A stretch of 64,000 nucleotides of DNA from Chlorobiota bacterium (GTDB taxonomy: Bacteria > Bacteroidota > Ignavibacteria > Kapaibacteriales > NICIL-2). The translations under genes and the position numbers were made by a program. The notes under the pieces are model-generated. The model made no database searches. It saw only the letters and a program-made list of their open reading frames with translations, and was not told the origin of the DNA. The number at the start of each line of letters is the position of its first letter. The first letter of the stretch is position 1. Below, piece after piece: positions 10,401-18,867 of the stretch. The stretch spans positions 7 through 64,006 of the forward strand of contig JBGAUL010000003.1 in NCBI GenBank assembly GCA_044228685.1. The letters are read 5' to 3'.

Positions 10401-13400
10401 ATGAATCCAAAGCCGCTACCACCCAATTCGTTGTTTGTACCAACTGCTTCGTACTTGCGACCTGGCAATGTACCAGCATCTTCGTTTTCTGGGTTGCGCT
10501 TGATTGCAGCCAAGATTGAAGCGAGGTCTGTACCAAAGTTTGCCAAACCTTCTGCGTTACGACGTACTTGATATCCACCGGCGATTTGACCACCATTGGT
10601 TGAGTCAGGAACGAGATCTACGCGACCACGGAATGTTTCGCTTGTTGGGTCAACTTGTGCAAGGTTAACACGGATGTAATCACCTGTGCTTGTGTTGATA
10701 ACGAAGAATACTGTTTCGTTGATTGAACGAACATCATTATTGCTAAATACATCTGCAGCTGAAGTATAGTCAGCCTTTGCTTCGAGGAAGAGTGGGTATC
10801 CGATTGGATGATCACCCTTGTACTCAGTTTGAAGACGTGCGATGTTTTGATCAGCTTCAGCAACAAATGGGTCACGTGTGAAACGCTTGATGTACTTGTT
10901 GAATGAAGGCTGTGAAGGATCAGCAAACTTGCTGAGCGTTGTTGGGATACCAACAGCGAAGTCTTCGATTGGAGACATACGACGCTTGCTGTAGTCAGCT
11001 GTCTTGATGTCTGTACCCTTGTCGAATGAATCGTAGATACGACCTTGTTGCAACAGCTTTTCTGGAATTGAAACTGCAGCAGGTGTCTTTTCATCAGCAC
11101 CGTTCATCATTGGGATTGCGGTGTATGAGTAAGCAAAGATGCTCTCGAAAGGACCTTGGTCCTTACCTGTACCACCGCGAACAAATCGAAGTTGCTGTGT
11201 ACCGTCACCAGCTACAAAGAATGTTTCTTGTGGCAGTGAGTCAGATACATTTCCATTACCATCGTAGCGATAAACGCGTGTTGTAACGTTAGCGTCGGTA
11301 TGACCCCAGTAGTTACCGTTCAATGAGTCAACACCACCATAACCGATACCGGTTGTTCCAGCCAAGAGACCCTTGGTGTTTGGAGCATCTGGATAACGGA
11401 TGAGGAAGCGAGCCTGATTATCGAACATTGAGTTGCCAGCGCTTGAGAAGCTAGCGAAAGGAACAGGACCAATTGCTTCACCATAAATGATGGAACCAGC
11501 GAGGTCACTTGATGCCTTGTTGATTTGGTTGCTGTTAACGGTCAACATTGGACCGCTGATAGCATTTTGATCAGCACCAACGCTTGAAGTAGCAACGTTG
11601 TTTGCGATCAAAGAACGCAAGAGAACGAGCTTCAAGTCATAGTTATCAGAGTAGATAGCAGCACCGCTATAAGCGCTTTGGTTTTGGATACGTACACGGT
11701 TGAAGAATACTGAGTCCAAACGACCAGCGCGGCTGCTTGTGATTTGATCAAGAATATAGATAGCACCACCAAGACCGGTACCGTTCTCTTGAAGAACTGC
11801 ACCACCGATGCTAGCATCCGGACCGGATGTTGCACCTGAACCTGGGTGTGTAATTGTTACGCTACCTGCTTGTGTTGCGCCTGAACCCATACGAGCTGTG
11901 TTCTCAACGCTACGGTTATCAAGGAAGCGGGTCATCATGCGAACATGAGGAGGATACTGTGTTGTGCCTGGCTTAAATGTGAATGCTTCGTTTGTGGACT
12001 TGAATCCTGTAACGAAAGCTGGATTTGAACCATAGCTTACACTGTCAACATCTGTACAGAATACGCGTTGGAAGTTTCCACCTGATGCTGATCCGAATGA
12101 AGACTTCGGATTAACGATCGCGATAGCACCACCGTTACCTGCTTGCGCAAGGTTAGCATGGAATTCGCAACCTTGGATTGTTTGAACTTCTGCGTTCAAA
12201 GAATACAAAGCACCACCACCACGTACACTGCGTTGACTTACGCTGTCGAGGTTTTCACCGACGCGATTGTTGTCAAACACTGTACGTACGCAACGAAGGT
12301 ATGCATACTCAGGTTGTGTAACTGTGCTGCGGAGGTGAATTGCAACCGCACCACCAGAATAACCAGCGGTGTTACCGTTGAATTCGATAAGGTGAGCTTG
12401 TGAGTAACCAAGGATTACATTGCTGATTACACCACCGGCACCGTACATGAGGAAGTTGCGCTTTGCGAAGATTGCTCCACCATCGTACTTAGCAACGTTG
12501 TTCAAGAACTTGATGTTATAACCAAGGTTACGAACAAGGATGTTGTCTCCGTTTGCACCACCAACGTGTGGTGAAGGACGGTTTGGATCGATGCTGAAGT
12601 TTTCGTCTGTATAAATAGCACCACCACGAGCAGCTGAGTTTGACGTCATGTTCATTGGAACTTGAACGTCTTGACCGCCACGCAACATCAAACGACCAGC
12701 ATTTGATGACATGTAAATACCACCACCCTGATTCAGGGAAGCTGCATTATATGTTGTGAGGTATTTGGTTTCTGTTGAGTTTGAACGGTAACGACCTGTG
12801 GTTGTCATCGAGGTTGCGCCCGTTACATACAAAGCACCACCACGTGAACCGCCGGTTGTTACTGAGTTCGAAATTTCATTTTGGAAGTTGCGAGCCATGT
12901 TACCGTCGAAGATTACATAGTCGCGAGCTTGGAAGTCATTAACACCAAGACCAATGTCCATTGCCCAGCGGCCGCCGATATAAACAGCACCACCGTATGA
13001 TTGGTTCTTGTATGCAAGATTGAAGTTTGTCTCAGTTGTTGCTGAGTTGCTTTCGTCGTCTGTAACAACAACACCTTGGCTTGTAACAACTTGTGCAATG
13101 TTTGTGAGCTGTGTCTTGTTGTTTGTGAATGTCAATTGACGAACACGACCTAAGTAAACAGCCAAACGACCGTCGTCAACAGCTTGACGATTTTGGTCAT
13201 CGAGCTCTTTCAACGTTGGGTAATACAGGTTGTCATGTGCGCGAACATATGTTGGGTTAACCGGATCTGTATTTGAGCGAGGCGGTGAAAGCAATGTTGT
13301 TACATTGTTTGCGTTCTGCTCGAACAAATACTGATTTACGATAATTGAAGGTACTGCAGGGCTAGCACCGGCACCGAGGTCTGTTGGGAAGTACGAAGCA

Positions 13401-14572
13401 GGCAAAGCTGAATATTGAGCTGAAGCTGCTGTCGAACCTGTTGTAACAACAGGATATTGTGCACCACTTGCATCAACCGGAGCTTGTTGGAATTGCAAAG
13501 CACCGCCATGATAGCGAGCCATGTTTCTGCTAAAGGTACATCCTACCAACCATGTACGTGATGACATTACGCTCAATGCACCACCGGAACCATTCAAGAG
13601 TGAGTTAACAGCAAAGTTCAACGATGATGCTGATGTAGGATCACCTGCTGATGATGTGCTGTACAATGGCAAACGGCTAACTGTTGTGTCCTTGCGGAAG
13701 TTTTGGAAATCGCAATCTCTGAAGAATGCTGCACGAGCACCTGGGAGAACTACGATATGTCCCCACTCACGTGAGAAGCTGTTGATAGCACGACCTAAGA
13801 AAAGGATACGATCGCGGCCTGGACCACCAACGCTTGGATTTTGGAAATTCAAACGTGTCCATGCGCGTGTTCTGATTGCAGGATCGAGTGTCGGGTTTGA
13901 CAAACGAGCTGTAATCCAAAGAATAGCGTATTCGTAAGGAACAACAAACTTGGTGTTGTAGAACGATTGACCGTTTACAACCGTAGGGGTTGTAGCAGCC
14001 AAATACAATTGTCCAGCCGGAGGTGTTGCGCCAGATGCAGGGTTAACTGCAGCAGGCCAGCGTACATAGCTCTTACCTTGAGCATCAGCAGCCAGGCTTG
14101 GAAGATTTTCAATGCGACGAGTTAAAGTATCCAAAATGACATTGAATGTAATGTCATTCTTGGATGAAGAAATCGTCGGCTCAATCTGAGTCGAACGATT
14201 TACAACAAAACTCGACAGGAAATACGCCGGGTCAGAGTAATCATACGCAAAACCACCATTTGGACGATTTACAAAAGCGTAATTCGTTCCAGAATAGAGC
14301 GCGTTAGCGCGTCCGTCTGCGATGATACGACCACCAACCGAGTCAACAAGCTGCCCGTTGGCAACAAACTCGACAGTGGTTCCCGGTTCAATAACGAGTG
14401 TTCCGGCAACTGTGTATCGGCCATTGATGCGATACAAGCTGTCTCGGACGAGCACCCGTACCTCACTCGCAGGTACAGTACCTGACAGAGTCTGTAGGGG
14501 CTGAGCTTCACTGACGACGCAATTGATAACAAATGCGAGGAGCAGCGCGCTTAAACGAAACCAACTATACAT
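7484..14572 (-). CDS. Giant (2362 aa) secreted beta-helix adhesin-like protein with Pmp-type repeats and a T9SS C-terminal domain
   Basis: GGAGG RBS 4 nt before ATG at 14572, then signal peptide MYSWFRLSALLLAFVINCVVSEAQ. Tens of GGA[ILV][YF]/FxxN repeats (GGAVYIGG, GGALYVTG, GGAIYTDENF, FLNNVAKYDGGAIF, FNGNTAGYSGGAVAI, FHANLAQAGNGGAIAI) typical of polymorphic-membrane-protein / right-handed beta-helix repeats. C-terminus IEVFDNLGNKVATI..GAYTVRMTVGSF is a T9SS CTD. Confidence 0.7.
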   Translation of the reverse strand: MYSWFRLSALLLAFVINCVVSEAQPLQTLSGTVPASEVRVLVRDSLYRINGRYTVAGTLVIEPGTTVEFVANGQLVDSVGGRIIADGRANALYSGTNYAFVNRPNGGFAYDYSDPAYFLSSFVVNRSTQIEPTISSSKNDITFNVILDTLTRRIENLPSLAADAQGKSYVRWPAAVNPASGATPPAGQLYLAATTPTVVNGQSFYNTKFVVPYEYAILWITARLSNPTLDPAIRTRAWTRLNFQNPSVGGPGRDRILFLGRAINSFSREWGHIVVLPGARAAFFRDCDFQNFRKDTTVSRLPLYSTSSAGDPTSASSLNFAVNSLLNGSGGALSVMSSRTWLVGCTFSRNMARYHGGALQFQQAPVDASGAQYPVVTTGSTAASAQYSALPASYFPTDLGAGASPAVPSIIVNQYLFEQNANNVTTLLSPPRSNTDPVNPTYVRAHDNLYYPTLKELDDQNRQAVDDGRLAVYLGRVRQLTFTNNKTQLTNIAQVVTSQGVVVTDDESNSATTETNFNLAYKNQSYGGAVYIGGRWAMDIGLGVNDFQARDYVIFDGNMARNFQNEISNSVTTGGSRGGALYVTGATSMTTTGRYRSNSTETKYLTTYNAASLNQGGGIYMSSNAGRLMLRGGQDVQVPMNMTSNSAARGGAIYTDENFSIDPNRPSPHVGGANGDNILVRNLGYNIKFLNNVAKYDGGAIFAKRNFLMYGAGGVISNVILGYSQAHLIEFNGNTAGYSGGAVAIHLRSTVTQPEYAYLRCVRTVFDNNRVGENLDSVSQRSVRGGGALYSLNAEVQTIQGCEFHANLAQAGNGGAIAIVNPKSSFGSASGGNFQRVFCTDVDSVSYGSNPAFVTGFKSTNEAFTFKPGTTQYPPHVRMMTRFLDNRSVENTARMGSGATQAGSVTITHPGSGATSGPDASIGGAVLQENGTGLGGAIYILDQITSSRAGRLDSVFFNRVRIQNQSAYSGAAIYSDNYDLKLVLLRSLIANNVATSSVGADQNAISGPMLTVNSNQINKASSDLAGSIIYGEAIGPVPFASFSSAGNSMFDNQARFLIRYPDAPNTKGLLAGTTGIGYGGVDSLNGNYWGHTDANVTTRVYRYDGNGNVSDSLPQETFFVAGDGTQQLRFVRGGTGKDQGPFESIFAYSYTAIPMMNGADEKTPAAVSIPEKLLQQGRIYDSFDKGTDIKTADYSKRRMSPIEDFAVGIPTTLSKFADPSQPSFNKYIKRFTRDPFVAEADQNIARLQTEYKGDHPIGYPLFLEAKADYTSAADVFSNNDVRSINETVFFVINTSTGDYIRVNLAQVDPTSETFRGRVDLVPDSTNGGQIAGGYQVRRNAEGLANFGTDLASILAAIKRNPENEDAGTLPGRKYEAVGTNNELGGSGFGFINRPTLPNSNIDNFGRNMVTYFAGERYNTLPAKVGDQIAIVSRSALWREVGSNNDAFAGALIFKVGATTPPPVWTGNKITTANPVAANGVPALPIFKNKLFVSEDRVYPRDPSDNLRPPGRDTIFAITVRDTNLFYDPRSILDGTKYSQMAYGWTVDANSGLSHWLKADTIPAVVGTDSTAWYQAHGHIRLRGTPSNPYVVPEGEWVTVTARNFPPSVATIDSMKAAGIAADVIAKYIYLYSSYYGNQSYDATNARFLQQDTVNNGWGADTSYRFRIFVTDSLPLFTNSAFTCERNNILYANLTDSLRMAADFNTDDEAEDAAAEQAGWTFPYGRTSYNWLSENRNDHGADTAYDQVTQVRPNWLANKYLRKYANSAQSDAFASDFTSKGQLRIAIDSLTAVGILSPVQRYHNALNTDTLFTVVVNDGHGGISTLNKNIIVNIPPTILNSSLPDAYEDIDYNSTLIGDSTYIRVSDPNFGQKIAYELIYGDDTRKATGINRDGCFPEAGKWDISNASTPKWLKINPVSGMLFGTPRVTDTKTPDTTVNVTVYVHDDGPNGGLGHVKTLTLVIHAVNHDPHIFEVPATRCIVNGGDVNDTLKISDKDLLRAETVNLRVIRPQQGLTITPATITGPRSLDTVSVAVTGKYNVTPYKTVDTVVVEVTDIHGGAPDTLKYLVRISENSTFLANLEIRNNKGAYETLTWGTGGNATTGDNPTKGGVGKLDSNYCEYELPPIPPIDVFDARWVIPSKNGMLRNFFPNCASGDKRVEVYKGRFQAGGVVGSQDEYFPVTFKWLMSEVPSVTDQAKNPCGGSYYLMDGVGGSLFAVNMNNGKYRTQSASTYDVIVSGDTVILKAYQSSASSFIILWDEASDVKPDVQSDALSLDAVSPNPFGSSTNISFNVPTASNVQIEVFDNLGNKVATIANDIFPAGHTTLPWDGRGLSGAELNSGAYTVRMTVGSFSTMQKVVIVR

Positions 14573-14676
14573 ACTACCTCCGTATGGATAAAAACATTTA
14601 GATAAACAAAATTTGAATGTCAAGTGTTAAAAAGCACCCGGTCCAGACACAAAAAGCCCGGTTCGGGTACTTAGTA

Positions 14677-15393
14677 TTAGTCAAGTACTGTGCCAAGTCG
14701 GGATAAACCGGCTCTAGCTTCTGATGCATACTCCGAATATTCGAACTCGAGAATCACATTCTTGAACAATCTGATTGCCGATTCTTTGTCCCCAGCCTTC
14801 TCAAATGATATGGCTGCGTAATACTGAAACTTGTCTTTGCTGTTGATCGCTTCACTCATCGTTGCCGCTTTTTCATAGGTCTTGGCAGCTTCGGCGAAGT
14901 TGTTTTTCTTCTCCAAACACGCTGCTAAACCTGCTGTTGCGTTGGCACGAATAAATGCTGATTCTGAACCTGCCGCGATGTCAAAAAACTTCTCTGCTTC
15001 GTCGTACTTCTGCTGAATCATTTTCAGATTTGCAGCCTCTAATGCAGCTGTCTTTCCTGCACCGGTTGAAGCGTATTGATCTACAATCGCAACCAAACCT
15101 ATAACGTCAAATCCACGTACCTTTTTACTTGGATCTCCATTAAGTGCTTTTTCAATGTCGTTGGCGTCAACGTAAGCAGTGATGCGGCTTAGAGCCAATG
15201 CAGCTTCTTGTTCTTTCTCTTTCTTTGCACTGCGATAATATGTAATTCCAACTACCGCGAGCAGTATCACAACAGCCGCAATAATGATTGCGTTGCGGTT
15301 GCCTTGAAACATTTCTTTCCAATCGCGTTGAGGCTTCGGAGTTGCTTCCGTTGCTCCGCTTTGTTCTACTACTGTCTCGTTGTTTTCTGCCAT
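14677..15393 (-). CDS. YfgM/TPR-like membrane-anchored protein (N-terminal TM plus helical-repeat domain)
   Basis: Start at MAENNET (ATG 15391..15393); the ORF-track extension would overlap the tRNA. Single TM IIIAAVVILLAVVGITYY followed by an Ala/Lys-rich TPR-like region. Confidence 0.5.
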   Translation of the reverse strand: MAENNETVVEQSGATEATPKPQRDWKEMFQGNRNAIIIAAVVILLAVVGITYYRSAKKEKEQEAALALSRITAYVDANDIEKALNGDPSKKVRGFDVIGLVAIVDQYASTGAGKTAALEAANLKMIQQKYDEAEKFFDIAAGSESAFIRANATAGLAACLEKKNNFAEAAKTYEKAATMSEAINSKDKFQYYAAISFEKAGDKESAIRLFKNVILEFEYSEYASEARAGLSRLGTVLD

Positions 15394-15447
15394 GTGATAA
15401 TACTCGTTTATGTCGCTAAATAATGTCGTATTTAAAGTGTCAATGTG

Positions 15448-15520
15448 TACGCCCGGAGGGACTCGAACCCCCAACCCTTGGAACCGGAATCCAATGCTCT
15501 ATCCATTAAGCCACGGGCGC
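15448..15520 (-). tRNA. tRNA-Arg (anticodon CCG)
   Basis: Minus-strand reading: GCGCCCG TG GCTT AATGGAT AGAGC A TTGGA TTCCGGT TCCAA GGGTT GGGGG TTCGAGT CCCTC CGGGCGT A. Cloverleaf with 7-bp acceptor stem, D-arm, anticodon loop TTCCGGT (CCG) and T-arm GGGGG/TTCGAGT/CCCTC. CCA is not encoded. Confidence 0.8.
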
Positions 15521-15658
15521 AGCAGTTGGCGTACGCTGCCTGTTTCTTACTGAGCCTAATCTGCAAGCCTACAAATATAGAGGACAAGAGTTTTCTGCCT
15601 GAATTAAAAATATTTCCACAAAATGAGAATGACAGAAGAGCGGACTCCGAGACCTAAA

Positions 15659-15701
15659 AAGAGTGTCAGGTTTCCTACACAGTGTGTAGAATATCACTCT
15701 T
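15659..15701 (-). terminator. Rho-independent terminator downstream of the E1 dehydrogenase gene (nested palindrome AAGAGTG..TACACA-G-TGTGTA..CACTCTT then TTTTT on minus)
   Basis: 7-bp outer stem plus inner perfect palindrome. U-tract on the minus strand (plus-strand A-run 15656..15660). Confidence 0.5.
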
Positions 15702-15718
15702 AATTGTTGGTTAAAATC

Positions 15719-17854
15719 CTAGAAGTTGATCGTTTCTAACGCCGCCTTGACGATGTCTTCAACGTTCAACAAAATTGCCTTTTCTAGGCTCTTTGCAAAG
15801 CCTACAGGGACGTCTTTTGAAGCTACTCGCGCTACCGGTGCATCAAGCGAACGGAAGCACTCTGAACTGATGCTAGCAGCGATTTCGCCACCTAGACCGC
15901 CTGTGAGATAGTGCTCATGCGCTACAAGCACGCGTGAGGTCTTACGGGCGGAATTGAAGACGGTCTCGCGATCCCATGGGCGAAGACAGCGCAAATCGAT
16001 CAATTCGCACTCATGACCCATCTCAGCAAGCTTTTGACATGCATCTGAGGCTAAGTGTATTGCATTACCGTAGCTTACGATTGTCAACGCGGTACCGCTT
16101 CTGCGTACTTTAGCTCGGCCAAACGGGATGATAAAGTCGTCTCCCGGCATTGAAGTCGACGTTCCACGGTAGTTGTATAGGAACTTAGGCTCCAAGAACA
16201 AAGTCGTGCCCTGGGAACGAATAGAATTTCGCATCAATCCAACAGCATCGTCGGCATAAGCAGGACAAACCACGCGTAAACCGGGTAAATGCGAGAAAAT
16301 CGCATCCAAATTTTGAGAATGGTATAGTCCGCCTTGGATGTAGCCGCCACTTGCCAGACGTATTACGATGTTTGGGCTAAACTGACCCTTCGTACGCCAG
16401 TAATCATGGGTGCATTCGATCAGTTGCTCCATCGCCGGCCAGAAATAGTCGGCAAACTCAGCCCCCTCTACCACGATTCGGATGTCGTCACGATAGCGAC
16501 ACATGCCGTTAGCCGTACCCACGATGAAATCTTCAGCAATTGGGGCGTTAAAAATGCGATCGTTGCCAAATTCGTCCAACATTCCCTTGGGAACATTGAA
16601 AATACCCTGCTTGTTTACAGATGCTACGTCCTGACCCCATAAGAAAGTAGCAGGATTTCGATGGAATTCCTGCTTCATGCTAGCATTTATGGCCTCACGA
16701 AGCGTCAGTTGAGGATGCGATGGATCGTTTTGAAAACTGTACTCCGATCTGTCCTCAGCCGATGCATAGGAGGGGGGTAGCTCAAAGTCCATGTACGATG
16801 CTGGATCCGGATCCGGAGCTACCTCAGCAATATCCGCGGCTGCGTACATTTCAGTCAAATTATCCTCCTCGATCTTCTTCAGCTCCTCATCGGTTGCCAG
16901 CCCGGCTTCGATGATCTTTGAACGGAAGAGGGGGAGGGGGTCCCTAGCTTTAACTGCAGCAATTTCTTCTTTAGAACGATACAACTCTTGGTTGTCAGAA
17001 TTCGAGTGCGAACCAATACGGTCACAGTCTGCGTGTACCATCGCCGGACCAGCACCTGACAACACATAGTCGGCTGCCTTTTTCAAGGCTCGATACGAGT
17101 CAAAAACGTCCCGTCCGTCGCAATTAACAATCAAAAGATTGCGAAATCCAACGAAATTGTCAGAAACTCGCTCATTTGCACTTTGTTCACGAACCGGTAC
17201 AGAGATGCCAAACTTGTTGTTCTGGATTACAAAAATGACAGGCAATTTCTCAGTACAAGACCCGTTTACTGCCTCGTAAAAATAGCCCTCAGAACATGCG
17301 GACTCCCCCCCTGAATATATACAGAGTTCGTCGCCTTTGAACTTCTTGATCGCTCGAGCTGTTCCGGCTGCATGCTGACTATGATTACCAGTACACGATG
17401 ATCCATTTTGAATTCTGATCGCCGGTTTAGCGAAGTGGTTCGACATGTGCCTACCCCCCCCTGCAACGTCGGCGTCTTTACTGAGACCATTGTAAATAAT
17501 CTCCAAAGGTGTCAGTCCGGCTGACAAACATGAGAGAAGATCTCTGTAGTAAGGAAAGAAGAAGTCCTTCGACTGACGAAAAATCTGCCCAATTGCCAAC
17601 TGAATACCGTCATGGCCGGCACAAGGAGCATGGTAAGACCAACCTTTGGCCATTTTCAAATACGATGCTGCCTTTTCGTCTAGTCTTCGACCCAAATGGT
17701 TGATTTTATACCAACGAAGAATAGTCTCTTTGTCAAAGCCACTCATGTCAAACGCTGACACAACACTTTGCTTTGCTGTGTCAGCGTTCTTCTTTGACGT
17801 TGATTCTGATTTTGAGGCTTTCGTTGCTTTTTCTGCGCTTTTTGTTTCCGCCAT
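15719..17854 (-). CDS. 2-oxoisovalerate (branched-chain 2-oxoacid) dehydrogenase E1 component, fused alpha/beta subunits
   Basis: 711 aa. N-terminal half has the TPP-binding E1-alpha fold; C-terminal half has the transketolase-like pyrimidine-binding E1-beta fold (..GQDVASVNKQGIFNVPKGMLDEFG..FNAPIAEDFIVGTANGM..). The fused architecture is common in the FCB group. Confidence 0.8.
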   Translation of the reverse strand: MAETKSAEKATKASKSESTSKKNADTAKQSVVSAFDMSGFDKETILRWYKINHLGRRLDEKAASYLKMAKGWSYHAPCAGHDGIQLAIGQIFRQSKDFFFPYYRDLLSCLSAGLTPLEIIYNGLSKDADVAGGGRHMSNHFAKPAIRIQNGSSCTGNHSQHAAGTARAIKKFKGDELCIYSGGESACSEGYFYEAVNGSCTEKLPVIFVIQNNKFGISVPVREQSANERVSDNFVGFRNLLIVNCDGRDVFDSYRALKKAADYVLSGAGPAMVHADCDRIGSHSNSDNQELYRSKEEIAAVKARDPLPLFRSKIIEAGLATDEELKKIEEDNLTEMYAAADIAEVAPDPDPASYMDFELPPSYASAEDRSEYSFQNDPSHPQLTLREAINASMKQEFHRNPATFLWGQDVASVNKQGIFNVPKGMLDEFGNDRIFNAPIAEDFIVGTANGMCRYRDDIRIVVEGAEFADYFWPAMEQLIECTHDYWRTKGQFSPNIVIRLASGGYIQGGLYHSQNLDAIFSHLPGLRVVCPAYADDAVGLMRNSIRSQGTTLFLEPKFLYNYRGTSTSMPGDDFIIPFGRAKVRRSGTALTIVSYGNAIHLASDACQKLAEMGHECELIDLRCLRPWDRETVFNSARKTSRVLVAHEHYLTGGLGGEIAASISSECFRSLDAPVARVASKDVPVGFAKSLEKAILLNVEDIVKAALETINF

Positions 17855-17900
17855 TGATCTAAAATGGTTTGTGTAAGACAGCTATGAAGTTGTCAGTTTA

Positions 17901-18836
17901 TTATTTCTTCTTCTTTGTATTCACAAAAGTCAGCCACTTGTGCTTGTCGACGCCGTTGACGACGACCTTTTGGAATTCAAGCATGATTTTCTTTGTGACT
18001 GCTCCGGTCTTCCCGTTGCCAATCTGAACTCTATCTACTGAACGTACTGGCGTAATTTCAACCGCAGTTCCCGTCATGAATACTTCATCTGCTGTGTACA
18101 GTAGCGCTCTCGGAATGCTCTGCTCCAATACAGGAATCTTCAGGTCACGCGCCATTGTCATGACACTTGAACGGGTAATTCCCGGAAGTATCGACGATCC
18201 AGCCGGCGGTGTGTAGAGCGTTCCGCCCTGCACGATAAATATATTTTCTCCGCTGCCCTCGCTTATGTTGCCATAAGCATCAAGCGTGATACCTTCTTCG
18301 TAGCCATGACGAACTGCTTCCATACGAACCAGTTGTGAGTTCATGTAGTTAGCAGATGCTTTGCTCACAGACGGCAGTGTATTAGGGGAAATGCGATTCC
18401 ATGATGACACACAGACATCGACACCTTCGTCGATTGAGTCTTTGCCTAAATATCTACCCCACTCCCATGCAGCAATGATGAGCTCGACCGGACAACCCAT
18501 AGGATTGACGCCCATCTCACCCAAACCGCGATATGCCAATGGACGTATGTAACAGCTTCCGAGCTTATTACGACGAAGCAATTCTAAAATTGCATTGCAG
18601 ACTTGATCAACCGTGTAGGGCATGTCTGTGTGATAGACGCGCAACGATTTCTCTAAGCGCTCAACGTGTTCGCGTAAACGAAATACTGCAGGCCCCTTCT
18701 TTGTCTGATAAGCTCGAATTCCTTCGAACCAACCCGAGCCATAGTGTAAAACGTGCGATAAAACGTGAATTTTTGCATCATTCCAAGGAATGAGTTTTCC
18801 ATTCATCCAAATAGTTTCGGTTCTCGGTATTGGCAT
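17901..18836 (-). CDS. ilvE: Branched-chain amino acid aminotransferase
   Basis: 311 aa. PLP fold-type IV motifs (GSGWFEGIRAY, EVFMTGTAVEITPV). Adjacent to the E1 dehydrogenase. Confidence 0.85.
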   Translation of the reverse strand: MPIPRTETIWMNGKLIPWNDAKIHVLSHVLHYGSGWFEGIRAYQTKKGPAVFRLREHVERLEKSLRVYHTDMPYTVDQVCNAILELLRRNKLGSCYIRPLAYRGLGEMGVNPMGCPVELIIAAWEWGRYLGKDSIDEGVDVCVSSWNRISPNTLPSVSKASANYMNSQLVRMEAVRHGYEEGITLDAYGNISEGSGENIFIVQGGTLYTPPAGSSILPGITRSSVMTMARDLKIPVLEQSIPRALLYTADEVFMTGTAVEITPVRSVDRVQIGNGKTGAVTKKIMLEFQKVVVNGVDKHKWLTFVNTKKKK

Positions 18837-18867
18837 AAGGCACCGTGAGTAGTGAGTAGGTGAAAGT

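Noticed and set aside
8537-11100. Several 100-160-aa ORFs on both strands inside the 2362-aa beta-helix gene
   Set aside because: They are shadow frames of a long gene with a strong repeat-protein signature. They have low-complexity Ser/Thr-rich translations typical of out-of-frame reading.
15394-15447. Sigma-70-like TTGACA hexamer upstream of the TPR/YfgM-like gene
   Set aside because: No acceptable -10 hexamer sits at 16-18 bp spacing. The region is also the 3' trailer of the tRNA, so the gene is probably co-transcribed with it.
15445-15657. 70-aa plus-strand ORF
   Set aside because: It overlaps the tRNA-Arg gene and the downstream terminator. There is no coding signal. It is an artefact of the tRNA/intergenic sequence.
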